A stretch of 64,000 bases of DNA from Balanoglossus misakiensis. Taxonomy: Eukaryota; Animalia; Hemichordata. The position numbers and the translations under genes were made by a program. The notes beneath the pieces are model-generated. The model did no database searches and was not told the origin of the DNA. It was given only the letters and a program-made list of their open reading frames with translations. Location of the stretch: positions 4,658-68,657 of the forward strand of contig JBECUI020000048.1 of the NCBI GenBank assembly GCA_040954595.2, given 5' to 3'. Of the stretch, positions 49,601 to 64,000 are shown piece after piece; the stretch's first letter is position 1, and each line of letters begins with the position of its first letter.

Positions 49601-52600
49601 CTCGAAATTCGGCAACTCGAAAATTCGCGGTTTTTCGACAAAAACCATGATGGTTAACCCATGAAAAATGTTCAAATCGGCCGAAAATCTCGAAATTCGG
49701 CAACTCGAAAATTCGCGGTTTTTCGACAAAAACCATGATGGTTAACCCATGAAAAATGTTCAAATCGGCCGAAAATCTCGAAATTCGGCAACTCGAAAAT
49801 TCGCGGTTTTTCGACAAAAACCATGATGGTTAACCCATGAAAAATGTTCAAATCGGCCGAAAATCTCGAAATTCGGCAACTCGAAAATTCGCGGTTTTTC
49901 GACAAAAACCATGATGGTTAACCCATGAAAAATGTTCAAATCGGCCGAAAATCTCGGAATTCGGCAACTCGAAAATTCGCGGTTTTTCGACAAAAACCAT
50001 GATGGTTAACCCATGAAAAATGTTCAAATCGGCCGAAAATCTCGGAATTCGGCAACTCGAAAATTCGCGGTTTTTCGACAAAAACCATGATGGTTAACCC
50101 ATGAAAAATGTTCAAATCGGCCGAAAATCTCGAAATTCGGCTACTCGAAAATTCGCGGTTTTTCGACAAAAACCATGATGGTTAACCCATGAAAAATGTT
50201 CAAATCGGCCGAAAATCTCGAAATTCGGCAACTCGAAAATTCGCGGTTTTTCGACAAAAACCATGATGGTTAACCCATGAAAAATGTTCAAATCGGCCGA
50301 AAATCTCAAAATTCGGCAACTCGAAAATTCGCGGTTTTTCGACAAAAACCATGATGGTTAACCCATGAAAAATGTTCAAATCGGCCGAAAATCTCGAATT
50401 TCGGCAACTCGAAAATTCGGGGTTTTTCGACAAAAACCATGATGGTTAACCCATGAAAAATGTTCAAATCGGCCGAAAATCTCGAAATTCGGCAACTCAA
50501 AAATTCGCGGTTTTTCGACAAAAACCATGATGGTTAACCCATGAAAAATGTTCAAATCGGCCGAAAATCTCGAAATTCGGCAACTCGAAAATTCGCGGTT
50601 TTTCGACAAAAACCATGATGGTTAACCCATGAAAAATGTTCAAATCGGCCGAAAATCTCGAAATTCGGCAACTCGAAAATTCGCGGTTTTTCGACAAAAA
50701 CCATGATGGTTAACCCATGAAAAATGTTCAAATCGGCCGAAAATCTCGAAATTCGGCAACTCGAAAATTCGCGGTTTTTCGACAAAAACCATGATGGTTA
50801 ACCCATGAAAAATGTTCAAATCGGCCGAAAATCTCGAAATTCGGCAACTCGAAAATTCGCGGTTTTTCGACAAAAACCATGATGGTTAACCCATGAAAAA
50901 TGTTCAAATCGGCCGAAAATCTCGAAATTCGGCAACTCGAAAATTCGCGGTTTTTCGACAAAAACCATGATGGTTAACCCATGAAAAATGTTCAAATCGG
51001 CCGAAAATCTCGGAATTCGGCAACTCGAAAATTCGCGGTTTTTCGACAAAAACCATGATGGTTAACCCATGAAAAATGTTCAAATCGGCCGAAAATCTCG
51101 GAATTCGGCAACTCGAAAATTCGCGGTTTTTCGACAAAAACCATGATGGTTAACCCATGAAAAATGTTCAAATCGGCCGAAAATCTCGAAATTCGGCAAC
51201 TCGAAAATTCGCGGTTTTTCGACAAAAACCATGATGGTTAACCCATGAAAAATGTTCAAATCGGCCGAAAATCTCGAAATTCGGCAACTCGAAAATTCGC
51301 GGTTTTTCGACAAAAACCATGATGGTTAACCCATGAAAAATGTTCAAATCGGCCGAAAATCTCGAAATTCGGCAACTCGAAAATTCGCGGTTTTTCGACA
51401 AAAACCATGATGGTTAACCCATGAAAAATGTTCAAATCGGCCGAAAATCTCGAAATTCGGCAACTCGAAAATTCGCGGTTTTTCGACAAAAACCATGATG
51501 GTTAACCCATGAAAAATGTTCAAATCGGCCGAAAATCTCGAAATTCGGCAACTCGAAAATTCGCGGTTTTTCGACAAAAACCATGATGGTTAACCCATGA
51601 AAAATGTTCAAATCGGCCGAAAATCTCGAAATTCGGCAACTCGAAAATTCGCGGTTTTTCGACAAAAACCATGATGGTTAACCCATGAAAAATGTTCAAA
51701 TCGGCCGAAAATCTCGGAATTCGGCAACTCGAAAATTCGCGGTTTTTCGACAAAAACCATGATGGTTAACCCATGAAAAATGTTCAAATCGGCCGAAAAT
51801 CTCGGAATTCGGCAACTCGAAAATTCGCGGTTTTTCGACAAAAACCATGATGGTTAACCCATGAAAAATGTTCAAATCGGCCGAAAATCTCGAAATTCGG
51901 CTACTCGAAAATTCGCGGTTTTTCGACAAAAACCATGATGGTTAACCCATGAAAAATGTTCAAATCGGCCGAAAATCTCGAAATTCGGCAACTCGAAAAT
52001 TCGCGGTTTTTCGACAAAAACCATGATGGTTAACCCATGAAAAATGTTCAAATCGGCCGAAAATCTCAAAATTCGGCAACTCGAAAATTCGCGGTTTTTC
52101 GACAAAAACCATGATGGTTAACCCATGAAAAATGTTCAAATCGGCCGAAAATCTCGAATTTCGGCAACTCGAAAATTCGGGGTTTTTCGACAAAAACCAT
52201 GATGGTTAACCCATGAAAAATGTTCAAATCGGCCGAAAATCTCGAAATTCGGCAACTCAAAAATTCGCGGTTTTTCGACAAAAACCATGATGGTTAACCC
52301 ATGAAAAATGTTCAAATCGGCCGAAAATCTCGAAATTCGGCAACTCGAAAATTCGCGGTTTTTCGACAAAAACCATGATGGTTAACCCATGAAAAATGTT
52401 CAAATCGGCCGAAAATCTCGAAATTCGGCAACTCGAAAATTCGCGGTTTTTCGACAAAAACCATGATGGTTAACCCATGAAAAATGTTCAAATCGGCCGA
52501 AAATCTCGAAATTCGGCAACTCGAAAATTCGCGGTTTTTCGACAAAAACCATGATGGTTAACCCATGAAAAATGTTCAAATCGGCCGAAAATCTCGAAAT

Positions 52601-55600
52601 TCGGCAACTCGAAAATTCGCGGTTTTTCGACAAAAACCATGATGGTTAACCCATGAAAAATGTTCAAATCGGCCGAAAATCTCGAAATTCGGCAACTCGA
52701 AAATTCGCGGTTTTTCGACAAAAACCATGATGGTTAACCCATGAAAAATGTTCAAATCGGCCGAAAATCTCGGAATTCGGCAACTCGAAAATTCGCGGTT
52801 TTTCGACAAAAACCATGATGGTTAACCCATGAAAAATGTTCAAATCGGCCGAAAATCTCGGAATTCGGCAACTCGAAAATTCGCGGTTTTTCGACAAAAA
52901 CCATGATGGTTAACCCATGAAAAATGTTCAAATCGGCCGAAAATCTCGAAATTCGGCAACTCGAAAATTCGCGGTTTTTCGACAAAAACCATGATGGTTA
53001 ACCCATGAAAAATGTTCAAATCGGCCGAAAATCTCGAAATTCGGCAACTCGAAAATTCGCGGTTTTTCGACAAAAACCATGATGGTTAACCCATGAAAAA
53101 TGTTCAAATCGGCCGAAAATCTCGAAATTCGGCAACTCGAAAATTCGCGGTTTTTCGACAAAAACCATGATGGTTAACCCATGAAAAATGTTCAAATCGG
53201 CCGAAAATCTCGAAATTCGGCAACTCGAAAATTCGCGGTTTTTCGACAAAAACCATGATGGTTAACCCATGAAAAATGTTCAAATCGGCCGAAAATCTCG
53301 AAATTCGGCAACTCGAAAATTCGCGGTTTTTCGACAAAAACCATGATGGTTAACCCATGAAAAATGTTCAAATCGGCCGAAAATCTCGAAATTCGGCAAC
53401 TCGAAAATTCGCGGTTTTTCGACAAAAACCATGATGGTTAACCCATGAAAAATGTTCAAATCGGCCGAAAATCTCGGAATTCGGCAACTCGAAAATTCGC
53501 GGTTTTTCGACAAAAACCATGATGGTTAACCCATGAAAAATGTTCAAATCGGCCGAAAATCTCGGAATTCGGCAACTCGAAAATTCGCGGTTTTTCGACA
53601 AAAACCATGATGGTTAACCCATGAAAAATGTTCAAATCGGCCGAAAATCTCGAAATTCGGCTACTCGAAAATTCGCGGTTTTTCGACAAAAACCATGATG
53701 GTTAACCCATGAAAAATGTTCAAATCGGCCGAAAATCTCGAAATTCGGCAACTCGAAAATTCGCGGTTTTTCGACAAAAACCATGATGGTTAACCCATGA
53801 AAAATGTTCAAATCGGCCGAAAATCTCAAAATTCGGCAACTCGAAAATTCGCGGTTTTTCGACAAAAACCATGATGGTTAACCCATGAAAAATGTTCAAA
53901 TCGGCCGAAAATCTCGAATTTCGGCAACTCGAAAATTCGGGTTTTTCGACAAAAACCATGATGGTTAACCCATGAAAAATGTTCAAATCGGCCGAAAATC
54001 TCGAAATTCGGCAACTCAAAAATTCGCGGTTTTTCGACAAAAACCATGATGGTTAACCCATGAAAAATGTTCAAATCGGCCGAAAATCTCGAAATTCGGC
54101 AACTCGAAAATTCGCGGTTTTTCGACAAAAACCATGATGGTTAACCCATGAAAAATGTTCAAATCGGCCGAAAATCTCGAAATTCGGCAACTCGAAAATT
54201 CGCGGTTTTTCGACAAAAACCATGATGGTTAAACCCATGAAAAATGTTCAAATCGGCCGAAAATCTCGAAATTCGGCAACTCGAAAATTCGCGGTTTTTC
54301 GACAAAAACCATGATGGTTAACCCATGAAAAATGTTCAAATCGGCCGAAAATCTCGAAATTCGGCAACTCGAAAATTCGCGGTTTTTCGACAAAAACCAT
54401 GATGGTTAACCCATGAAAAATGTTCAAATCGGCCGAAAATCTCGAAATTCGGCAACTCGAAAATTCGCGGTTTTTCGACAAAAACCATGATGGTTAACCC
54501 ATGAAAAATGTTCAAATCGGCCGAAAATCTCGAATTCGGCAACTCGAAAATTCGCGGTTTTTCGACAAAAACCATGATGGTTAACCCATGAAAAATGTTC
54601 AAATCGGCCGAAAATCTCGGAATTCGGCAACTCGAAAATTCGCGGTTTTTCGACAAAAACCATGATGGTTAACCCATGAAAAATGTTCAAATCGGCCGAA
54701 AATCTCGAAATTCGGCAACTCGAAAATTCGCGGTTTTTCGACAAAAACCATGATGGTTAACCCATGAAAAATGTTCAAATCGGCCGAAAATCTCGAAATT
54801 CGGCAACTCGAAAATTCGCGGTTTTTCGACAAAAACCATGATGGTTAACCCATGAAAAATGTTCAAATCGGCCGAAAATCTCGAAATTCGGCAACTCGAA
54901 AATTCGCGGTTTTTCGACAAAAACCATGATGGTTAACCCATGAAAAATGTTCAAATCGGCCGAAAATCTCGAAATTCGGCAACTCGAAAATTCGCGGTTT
55001 TTCGACAAAAACCATGATGGTTAACCCATGAAAAATGTTCAAATCGGCCGAAAATCTCGAAATTCGGCAACTCGAAAATTCGCGGTTTTTCGACAAAAAC
55101 CATGATGGTTAACCCATGAAAAATGTTCAAATCGGCCGAAAATCTCGGAATTCGGCAACTCGAAAATTCGCGGTTTTTCGACAAAAACCATGATGGTTAA
55201 CCCATGAAAAATGTTCAAATCGGCCGAAAATCTCGGAATTCGGCAACTCGAAAATTCGCGGTTTTTCGACAAAAACCATGATGGTTAACCCATGAAAAAT
55301 GTTCAAATCGGCCGAAAATCTCGAAATTCGGCTACTCGAAAATTCGCGGTTTTTCGACAAAAACCATGATGGTTAACCCATGAAAAATGTTCAAATCGGC
55401 CGAAAATCTCGAAATTCGGCAACTCGAAAATTCGCGGTTTTTCGACAAAAACCATGATGGTTAACCCATGAAAAATGTTCAAATCGGCCGAAAATCTCAA
55501 AATTCGGCAACTCGAAAATTCGCGGTTTTTCGACAAAAACCATGATGGTTAACCCATGAAAAATGTTCAAATCGGCCGAAAATCTCGAATTTCGGCAACT

Positions 55601-58600
55601 CGAAAATTCGGGGTTTTTCGACAAAAACCATGATGGTTAACCCATGAAAAATGTTCAAATCGGCCGAAAATCTCGGAAATTCGGCAACTCGAAAATTCGC
55701 GGTTTTTCGACAAAAACCATGATGGTTAACCCATGAAAAATGTTCAAATCGGCCGAAAATCTCGGAATTCGGCAACTCGAAAATTCGCGGTTTTTCGACA
55801 AAAACCATGATGGTTAACCCATGAAAAATGTTCAAATCGGCCGAAAATCTCGAAATTCGGCAACTCGAAAATTCGCGGTTTTTCGACAAAAACCATGATG
55901 GTTAACCCATGAAAAATGTTCAAATCGGCCGAAAATCTCGAAATTCGGCAACTCAAAAATTCGCGGTTTTTCGACAAAAACCATGATGGTTAACCCATGA
56001 AAAATGTTCAAATCGGCCGAAAATCTCGAAATTCGGCAACTCGAAAATTCGCGGTTTTTCGACAAAAACCATGATGGTTAACCCATGAAAAATGTTCAAA
56101 TCGGCCGAAAATCTCGAAATTCGGCAACTCGAAAATTCGCTGTTTTTCGACAAAAACCATGATGGTTAACCCATGAAAAATGTTCAAATCGGCCGAAAAT
56201 CTCGAAATTCGGCAACTCGAAAATTCGCGGTTTTTCGACAAAAACCATGATGGTTAACCCATGAAAAATGTTCAAATCGGCCGAAAATCTCGAAATTCGG
56301 CAACTCGAAAATTCGCGGTTTTTCGACAAAAACCATGATGGTTAACCCATGAAAAATGTTCAAATCGGCCGAAAATCTCGAAATTCGGCAACTCGAAAAT
56401 TCGCGGTTTTTCGACAAAAACCATGATGGTTAACCCATGAAAAATGTTCAAATCGGCCGAAAATCTCGAAATTCGGCAACTCGAAAATTCGCGGTTTTTC
56501 GACAAAAACCATGATGGTTAACCCATGAAAAATGTTCAAATCGGCCAAAAATCTCGAAATTCGGCAACTCGAAAATTCGCGGTTTTTCGACAAAAACCAT
56601 GATGGTTAACCCATGAAAAATGTTCAAATCGGCCGAAAATCTCGAAATTCGGCAACTCGAAAATTCGCGGTTTTTCGACAAAAACCATGATGGTTAACCC
56701 ATGAAAAATGTTCAAATCGGCCGAAAATCTCGGAATTCGGCAACTCGAAAATTCGCGGTTTTTCGACAAAAACCATGATGGTTAACCCATGAAAAATGTT
56801 CAAATCGGCCGAAAATCTCGGAATTCGGCAACTCGAAAATTCGCGGTTTTTCGACAAAAACCATGATGGTTAACCCATGAAAAATGTTCAAATCGGCCGA
56901 AAATCTCGAAATTCGGCAACTCGAAAATTCGCGGTTTTTCGACAAAAACCATGATGGTTAACCCATGAAAAATGTTCAAATCGGCCGAAAATCTCGAAAT
57001 TCGGCAACTCGAAAATTCGCGGTTTTTCGACAAAAACCATGATGGTTAACCCATGAAAAATGTTCAAATCGGCCGAAAATCTCGAAATTCGGCAACTCGA
57101 AAATTCGCGGTTTTTCGACAAAAACCATGATGGTTAACCCATGAAAAATGTTCAAATCGGCCGAAAATCTCGAAATTCGGCAACTCGAAAATTCGCGGTT
57201 TTTCGACAAAAACCATGATGGTTAACCCATGAAAAATGTTCAAATCGGCCGAAAATCTCGAAATTCGGCAACTCGAAAATTCGCGGTTTTTCGACAAAAA
57301 CCATGATGGTTAACCCATGAAAAATGTTCAAATCGGCCGAAAATCTCGGAATTCGGCAACTCGAAAATTCGCGGTTTTTCGACAAAAACCATGATGGTTA
57401 ACCCATGAAAAATGTTCAAATCGGCCGAAAATCTCGGAATTCGGCAACTCGAAAATTCGCGGTTTTTTCGACAAAAACCATGATGGTTAACCCATGAAAA
57501 ATGTTCAAATCGGCCGAAAATCTCGGAATTCGGCAACTCGAAAATTCGCGGTTTTTCGACAAAAACCATGATGGTTAACCCATGAAAAATGTTCAAATCG
57601 GCCGAAAATCTCGAAATTCGGCAACTCGAAAATTCGCGGTTTTTCGACAAAAACCATGATGGTTAACCCATGAAAAATGTTCAAATCGGCCGAAAATCTC
57701 GAAATTCGGCAACTCGAAAATTCGCGGTTTTTCGACAAAAACCATGATGGTTAACCCATGAAAAATGTTCAAATCGGCCGAAAATCTCGAAATTCGGCAA
57801 CTCGAAAATTCGCGGTTTTTTCGACAAAAACCATGATGGTTAACCCATGAAAAATGTTCAAATCGGCCGAAAATCTCGAAATTCGGCAACTCGAAAATTC
57901 GCGGTTTTTCGACAAAAACCATGATGGTTAACCCATGAAAAATGTTCAAATCGGCCGAAAATCTCGAAATTCGGCAACTCGAAAATTCGCGGTTTTTCGA
58001 CAAAAACCATGATGGTTAACCCATGAAAAATGTTCAAATCGGCCGAAAATCTCGGAATTCGGCAACTCGAAAATTCGCGGTTTTTCGACAAAAACCATGA
58101 TGGTTAACCCATGAAAAATGTTCAAATCGGCCGAAAATCTCGGAATTCGGCAACTCGAAAATTCGCGGTTTTTCGACAAAAACCATGATGGTTAACCCAT
58201 GAAAAATGTTCAAATCGGCCGAAAATCTCGAAATTCGGCTACTCGAAAATTCGCGGTTTTTCGACAAAAACCATGATGGTTAACCCATGAAAAATGTTCA
58301 AATCGGCCGAAAATCTCGAAATTCGGCAACTCGAAAATTCGCGGTTTTTCGACAAAAACCATGATGGTTAACCCATGAAAAATGTTCAAATCGGCCGAAA
58401 ATCTCAAAATTCGGCAACTCGAAAATTCGCGGTTTTTCGACAAAAACCATGATGGTTAACCCATGAAAAATGTTCAAATCGGCCGAAAATCTCGAATTTC
58501 GGCAACTCGAAAATTCGGGTTTTTCGACAAAAACCATGATGGTTAACCCATGAAAAATGTTCAAATCGGCCGAAAATCTCGGAATTCGGCAACTCGAAAA

Positions 58601-61600
58601 TTCGCGGTTTTTCGACAAAAACCATGATGGTTAACCCATGAAAAATGTTCAAATCGGCCGAAAATCTCGGAATTCGGCAACTCGAAATTCGCGGTTTTTC
58701 GACAAAAACCATGATGGGTAACCCATGAAAAATGTTCAAATCGGCCGAAAATCTCGGAATTCGGCAACTCGAAAATTCGCGGTTTTTCGACAAAAACCAT
58801 GATGGTTAACCCATGAAAAATGTTCAAATCGGCCGAAAATCTCGGAATTCGGCAACTCGAAAATTCGCGGTTTTCGACAAAAACCATGATGGTTAACCCA
58901 TGAAAAATGTTCAAATCGGCCGAAAATCTCGGAATTCGGCAACTCGAAAATTCGCGGTTTTTCGACAAAAACCATGATGGTTAACCCATGAAAAATGTTC
59001 AAATCGGCCGAAAATCTCGAAATTCGGAACCCGAAAATTCGCGGTTTTTCGACAAAAACCATGATGGTTAACCCATGAAAAATGTTTAAATCGGCCGAAA
59101 ATCTCGAAATTCGGCAACTCGAAAATTCGCGGTTTTTCGACAAAACCATGATGGTTAACCCATGAAAAATGTTCAAATCGGTCGAAAATCTCGAAATTCG
59201 GCAACCCGAAAATTCGCGGTTTTTCGACAAAAACCATGATGGTTAACCCATGAAAAATGTTCAAATCGGCCGAAAATCTCGAAATTCGGCAACTCGAAAA
59301 TTCGCGGTTTTTCGACAAAAACCATGATGGTTAACCCATGAAAAATGTTCAAATCGGCCGAAAATCTCGAATTTCGGCAACTCGAAAATTCGCGGTTTTT
59401 CGACAAAAACCATGATGGTTAACCCATGAAAAATGTTCAAATCGGCCGAAAATCTCGAAATTCGGCAACTCGAAAATTCGCGGTTTTTCGACAAAAACCA
59501 TGATGGTTAACCCATGAAAAATGTTCAAATCGGCCGAAAATCTCGAAATTCGGCAACTCGAAAATTCGCGGTTTTTCGACAAAAACCATGATGGTTAACC
59601 CATGAAAAATGTTCAAATCGGCCGAAAATCTCGAAATTCGGCAACTCGAAAATTCGCGGTTTTTCGACAAAAACCATGATGGTTAACCCATGAAAAATGT
59701 TCAAATCGGCCGAAAATCTCGAAATTCGGCAACTCGAAAATTCGCGGTTTTTCGACAAAAACCATGATGGTTAACCCATGAAAAATGTTCAAATCGGCCG
59801 AAAATCTCGAAATTCGGCAACTCGAAAATTCGCGGTTTTTCGACAAAAACCATGATGGTTAACCCATGAAAAATGTTCAAATCGGCCGAAAATCTCGGAA
59901 TTCGGCAACTCGAAAATTCGCGGTTTTTCGACAAAAACCATGATGGTTAACCCATGAAAAATGTTCAAATCGGCCGAAAATCTCGGAATTCGGCAACTCG
60001 AAAATTCGCGGTTTTTCGACAAAAACCATGATGGTTAACCCATGAAAAATGTTCAAATCGGCCGAAAATCTCGAAATTCGGCAACTCGAAAATTCGCGGT
60101 TTTTCGACAAAAACCATGATGGTTAACCCATGAAAAATGTTCAAATCGGCCGAAAATCTCGAAATTCGGCAACTCGAAAATTCGCGGTTTTTCGACAAAA
60201 ACCATGATGGTTAACCCATGAAAATGTTCAAATCGGCCGAAAATCTCGAAATTCGGCAACTCGAAAATTCGCGGTTTTTCGACAAAAACCATGATGGTTA
60301 ACCCATGAAAAATGTTCAAATCGGCCGAAAATCTCGAAATTCGGCAACTCGAAAATTCGCGGTTTTTCGACAAAAACCATGATGGTTAACCCATGAAAAA
60401 TGTTCAAATCGGCCGAAAATCTCGAAATTCGGCAACTCGAAAATTCGCGGTTTTTCGACAAAAACCATGATGGTTAACCCATGAAAAATGTTCAAATCGG
60501 CCGAAAATCTCGGAATTCGGCAACTCGAAAATTCGCGGTTTTTCGACAAAAACCATGATGGTTAACCCATGAAAAATGTTCAAATCGGCCGAAAATCTCG
60601 GAATTCGGCAACTCGAAAATTCGCGGTTTTTCGACAAAAACCATGATGGTTAACCCATGAAAAATGTTCAAATCGGCCGAAAATCTCGAAATTCGGCTAC
60701 TCGAAAATTCGCGGTTTTTCGACAAAAACCATGATGGTTAACCCATGAAAAATGTTCAAATCGGCCGAAAATCTCGAAATTCGGCAACTCGAAAATTCGC
60801 GGTTTTTCGACAAAAACCATGATGGTTAACCCATGAAAAATGTTCAAATCGGCCGAAAATCTCAAAATTCGGCAACTCGAAAATTCGCGGTTTTTCGACA
60901 AAAACCATGATGGTTAACCCATGAAAAATGTTCAAATCGGCCGAAAATCTCGAATTTCGGCAACTCGAAAATTCGGGGTTTTTCGACAAAAACCATGATG
61001 GTTAACCCATGAAAAATGTTCAAATCGGCCGAAAATCTCGGAATTCGGCAACTCGAAAATTCGCGGTTTTTCGACAAAAACCATGATGGTTAACCCATGA
61101 AAAATGTTCAAATCGGCCGAAAATCTCGGAATTCGGCAACTCGAAAATTCGCGGTTTTTCGACAAAAACCATGATGGTTAACCCATGAAAAATGTTCAAA
61201 TCGGCCGAAAATCTCGGAATTCGGCAACTCGAAAATTCGCGGTTTTTCGACAAAAACCATGATGGTTAACCCATGAAAAATGTTCAAATCGGCCGAAAAT
61301 CTCGGAATTCGGCAACTCGAAAATTCGCGGTTTTTCGACAAAAACCATGATGGTTAACCCATGAAAAATGTTCAAATCGGCCGAAAATCTCGGAATTCGG
61401 CAACTCGAAAATTCGCGGTTTTTCGACAAAAACCATGATGGTTAACCCATGAAAAATGTTCAAATCGGCCGAAAATCTCGAAATTCGGAACCCGAAAATT
61501 CGCGGTTTTTCGACAAAAACCATGATGGTTAACCCATGAAAAATGTTTAAATCGGCCGAAAATCTCGAAATTCGGCAACTCGAAAATTCGCGGTTTTTCG

Positions 61601-64000
61601 ACAAAAACCATGATGGTTAACCCATGAAAAATGTTCAAATCGTCGAAAATCTCGAAATTCGGCAACCCGAAAATTCGCGGTTTTTCGACAAAAACCATGA
61701 TGGTTAACCCATGAAAAATGTTCAAATCGGCCGAAAATCTCGAAATTCGGCAACTCGAAAATTCGCGGTTTTTCGACAAAAACCATGATGGTTAACCCAT
61801 GAAAAATGTTCAAATCGGCCGAAAATCTCGAATTTCGGCAACTCGAAAATTCGCGGTTTTTCGACAAAAACCATGATGGTTAACCCATGAAAAATGTTCA
61901 AATCGGCCGAAAATCTCGAAATTCGGCAACTCGAAAATTCGCGGTTTTTCGACAAAAACCATGATGGTTAACCCATGAAAAATGTTCAAATCGGCCGAAA
62001 ATCTCGGAATTCGGCAACTCGAAAATTCGCGGTTTTTCGACAAAAACCATGATGGTTAACCCATGAAAAATGTTCAAATCGGCCGAAAATCTCGAATTTC
62101 GGCAACTCGAAAATTCGCGGTTTTTCGACAAAAACCATGATGGTTAACCCATGAAAAATGTTCAAATCGGCCGAAAATCTCGAAATTCGGCAACTCGAAA
62201 ATTCGCGGTTTTTCGACAAAAACCATGATGGTTAACCCATGAAAAATGTTCAAATCGGCCGAAAATCTCGAAATTCGGCAACTCGAAAATTCGCGGTTTT
62301 TCGACAAAAACCATGATGGGTTAACCCATGAAAAATGTTCAAATCGGCCGAAAATCTCGAAATTCGGCAACTCGAAAATTCGCGGTTTTCGACAAAAACC
62401 ATGATGGTTAACCCATGAAAAATGTTCAAATCGGCCGAAAATCTCGGAATTCGGCAACTCGAAAATTCGCGGTTTTTCGACAAAGACCATGATGGTTAAC
62501 CCATGAAAAATGTTCAAATCGGCCGAAAATCTCGAAATTCGGAACCCGAAAATTCGCGGTTTTTCGACAAAAACCATGATGGTTAACCCATGAAAAATGT
62601 TCAAATCGGCCGAAAATCTCGAAATTCGGCAACCCGAAAATTCGCGGTTTTTCGACAAAACCATGATGGTTAACCCATGAAAAATGTTCATATCGGTCGA
62701 AATCTCGAAATTCGGCAACTCGAAAATTCGCGGTTTTTCGACAAAAACCATGATGGTTAACCCATGAAAAATGTTCAAATCGGCCGAAAATCTCGAAATT
62801 CGGCAACTCGAAAATTCGCGGTTTTTCGACAAAAACCATGATGGTTAACCCATGAAAAATGTTCAAATCGGCCGAAAATCTCGAAATTCGGCAACTCGAA
62901 AATTCGCGGTTTTTCGACAAAAACCATGATGGTTAACCCATGAAAAATGTTCAAATCGGCCGAAAATCTCGGAATTCGGCAACTCGAAAATTCGCGGTTT
63001 TTCGACAAAAACCATGATGGTTAACCCATGAAAAATGTTCAAATCGGCCGAAAATCTCGAAATTCGGCAACCCGAAAATTCGCGGTTTTTCGACAAAAAC
63101 CATGATGGTTAACCCATGAAAAATGTTCAAATCGGCCGAAAATCTCGAAATTCGGCAACCCGAAAATTCGCGGTTTTTCGACAAAAACCATGATGGTTAA
63201 CCCATGAAAAATGTTCAAATCGGTCGAAAATCTCGAAATTCGGCAACTCGAAAATTCGCGGTTTTTCGACAAAAACCATGATGGTTAACCCATGAAAAAT
63301 GTTCAAATCGGCCGAAAATCTCGAAATTCGGCAACTCGAAAATTCGCGGTTTTTCGACAAAAACCATGATGGTTAACCCATGAAAAATGTTCAAATCGGC
63401 CGAAAATCTCGAAATTCGGCAACTCGAAAATTCGCGGTTTTTCGACAAAAACCATGATGGTTAACCCATGAAAAATGTTCAAATCGGCCGAAAATCTCGA
63501 AATTCGGCAACTCGAAAATTCGCGGTTTTTCGACAAAAACCATGATGGTTAACCCATGAAAAATGTTCAAATCGGCCGAAAATCTCGAAATTCGGCAACT
63601 CGAAAATTCGCGGTTTTTCGACAAAAACCATGATGGTTAACCCATGAAAAATGTTCAAATCGGCCGAAAATCTCGAAATTCGGCAACTCGAAAATTCGCG
63701 GTTTTTCGACAAAAACCATGATGGTTAACCCATGAAAAATGTTCAAATCGGCCGAAAATCTCGAAATTCGGCAACTCGAAAATTCGCGTTTTTCGACAAA
63801 AACCATGATGGTTAACCCATGAAAAATGTTCAAATCGGCCGAAAATCTCGGAATTCGGCAACTCGAAATTCGCGGTTTTCGCAAAACCATGATGGTTAAC
63901 CCATGGAAAATGTTCAATCGCGAAAATCTCGGTATTCGGCAACTCGAAAATTCGCGGTTTTGCGACAAAACCATGATGGTTAACCCATGGGGAAAAATGT
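43656..64000 (+). repeat. 88-bp tandem satellite array (~230 monomers, runs off the window) with a 1760-bp 20-mer higher-order repeat
   Basis: Core monomer AAAAACCATGATGGTTAACCCATGAAAAATGTTCAAATCGGCCGAAAATCTCGAAATTCGGCAACTCGAAAATTCGCGGTTTTTCGAC; rare variants recur every 1760 bp. Confidence 0.98.

Noticed and set aside
43643-63974. Hundreds of near-identical 66-252 aa ORFs (MSKNREFSSCRISRF...)
   Set aside because: They are translations of the 88-bp repeat cycling through three frames, mostly from TTG starts. The longer ones arise at 1-bp indels, and none resembles a known domain.
43656-64000. CRISPR-like array
   Set aside because: No unique spacers, no cas genes, and a eukaryotic intron-containing context
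62250-64000. Rising density of 1-bp indels toward the window end as biological decay
   Set aside because: Mostly homopolymer length changes, more consistent with low-coverage consensus error near a contig end

Overview
Eukaryotic (animal) genomic DNA, not prokaryotic; gene content and intron style suggest a marine invertebrate, possibly a deuterostome (inference). Bases 1-43.4 kb hold two spliced genes arranged head to head. The first is a 4-exon Ovo/OVOL transcription factor (SNAG + 4 C2H2 fingers, ~286 aa, minus strand, 3515-11640). The second has 23 coding exons and encodes a signal peptide plus 11 tandem group-A SRCR domains with no transmembrane segment (~1206 aa, plus strand, 26497-41567). 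Its candidate promoter and non-coding first exon near 21.1-21.4 kb contain a perfect kB site. Two non-autonomous TIR transposons are resolved: a TTAA-flanked Kolobok-like MITE and a 1.3-kb element with a 5-bp TSD. From ~43.47 kb to the end is a >20-kb array of an 88-bp CpG- and A-tract-rich satellite (~230 monomers). It begins at a perfect fold-back palindrome, shows stepwise edge-to-core variant layering, and carries an exact 20-monomer (1760-bp) higher-order repeat that gives way distally to a different ~28-monomer organisation, i.e. a centromere-like architecture. The many repeated ORFs in the array are artefacts of the repeat.
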